Shown in pieces: positions 63,878-64,000 of a stretch of 64,000 nucleotides of DNA. The position numbers and the translations under genes are program-made. Within the stretch, counting starts at the first letter, position 1. Each line of letters opens with the position of its first letter. Under the pieces are notes generated by a model, which worked only from the letters and a program-made list of their open reading frames with translations, did no database searches and had not been told where the DNA came from. Source of the DNA: a virus (lineage: Duplodnaviria; Caudoviricetes); IMG/VR virus record IMGVR_UViG_3300032247_000928, positions 15,904 to 79,903 of that record; one strand, given 5' to 3'.

Positions 63878-64000
63878 TATGGGCATACTAGATAACTTTG
63901 AAAACTCTCTGGACTTTGATGATTCTGACCTAGAACTCCAGATCCAAAACCCACATATTACCAAATAGGGTTATATCTTATACTGGGGATTACGATAGCC

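Noticed and set aside
1-64000. Stop-codon reassignment, or an integrated prophage with host flanks
   Set aside because: Conserved genes are full length under code 11 and end in TAA, TAG or TGA; no integrase, att site or host housekeeping cluster is seen

Overview
A 64-kb segment of a large, AT-rich tailed dsDNA phage (siphovirus-type). The host is probably an actinobacterium. This is inferred from the gene set, which resembles large actinophages, from many leaderless TAnnnT-N6/7-ATG starts, and from actinobacterial-style promoter motifs. 1-47.5 kb is almost all minus strand. In transcription order it carries fibre/virion genes, class II ribonucleotide reductase, portal, prohead protease, major capsid, head-tail joining genes, major tail, two chaperone paralogues, tape measure and tail-tip genes. 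These are followed by a fibre/glycosyltransferase module and then helicase, primase and SSB. No terminase, polymerase, integrase or CRISPR array lies in the window. From 51.4 kb on, about 40 small, mostly unknown plus-strand genes and a tRNA-Asp are arranged as repeated cassettes. Their spacers are built from a shared kit of motifs: a GC-rich TTCCGGG(G)CC box, 3-bp-spaced DnaA-box pairs, CRP-type palindromes, an ATGTCCGAWT box, promoters matching the actinobacterial DNA-damage (RecA-NDp/PafBC-type) consensus, and a covarying H-type pseudoknot at cassette 3' ends. An iteron-like region follows at 62.8-63.5 kb. Other notable items are a (PPVYYA)11 fibre next to a hydroxyproline-GlcNAc-transferase-like gene, a free-standing copy of the capsid N-arm, tail chaperones split by gene duplication, and an unannotated secreted disulfide-hairpin peptide. 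Product names come from recognising motifs by eye; no searches were run. Several start codons were moved relative to the ORF track using SD or promoter evidence, and the track's strand label for 42167..42907 is wrong (the gene is on the minus strand).
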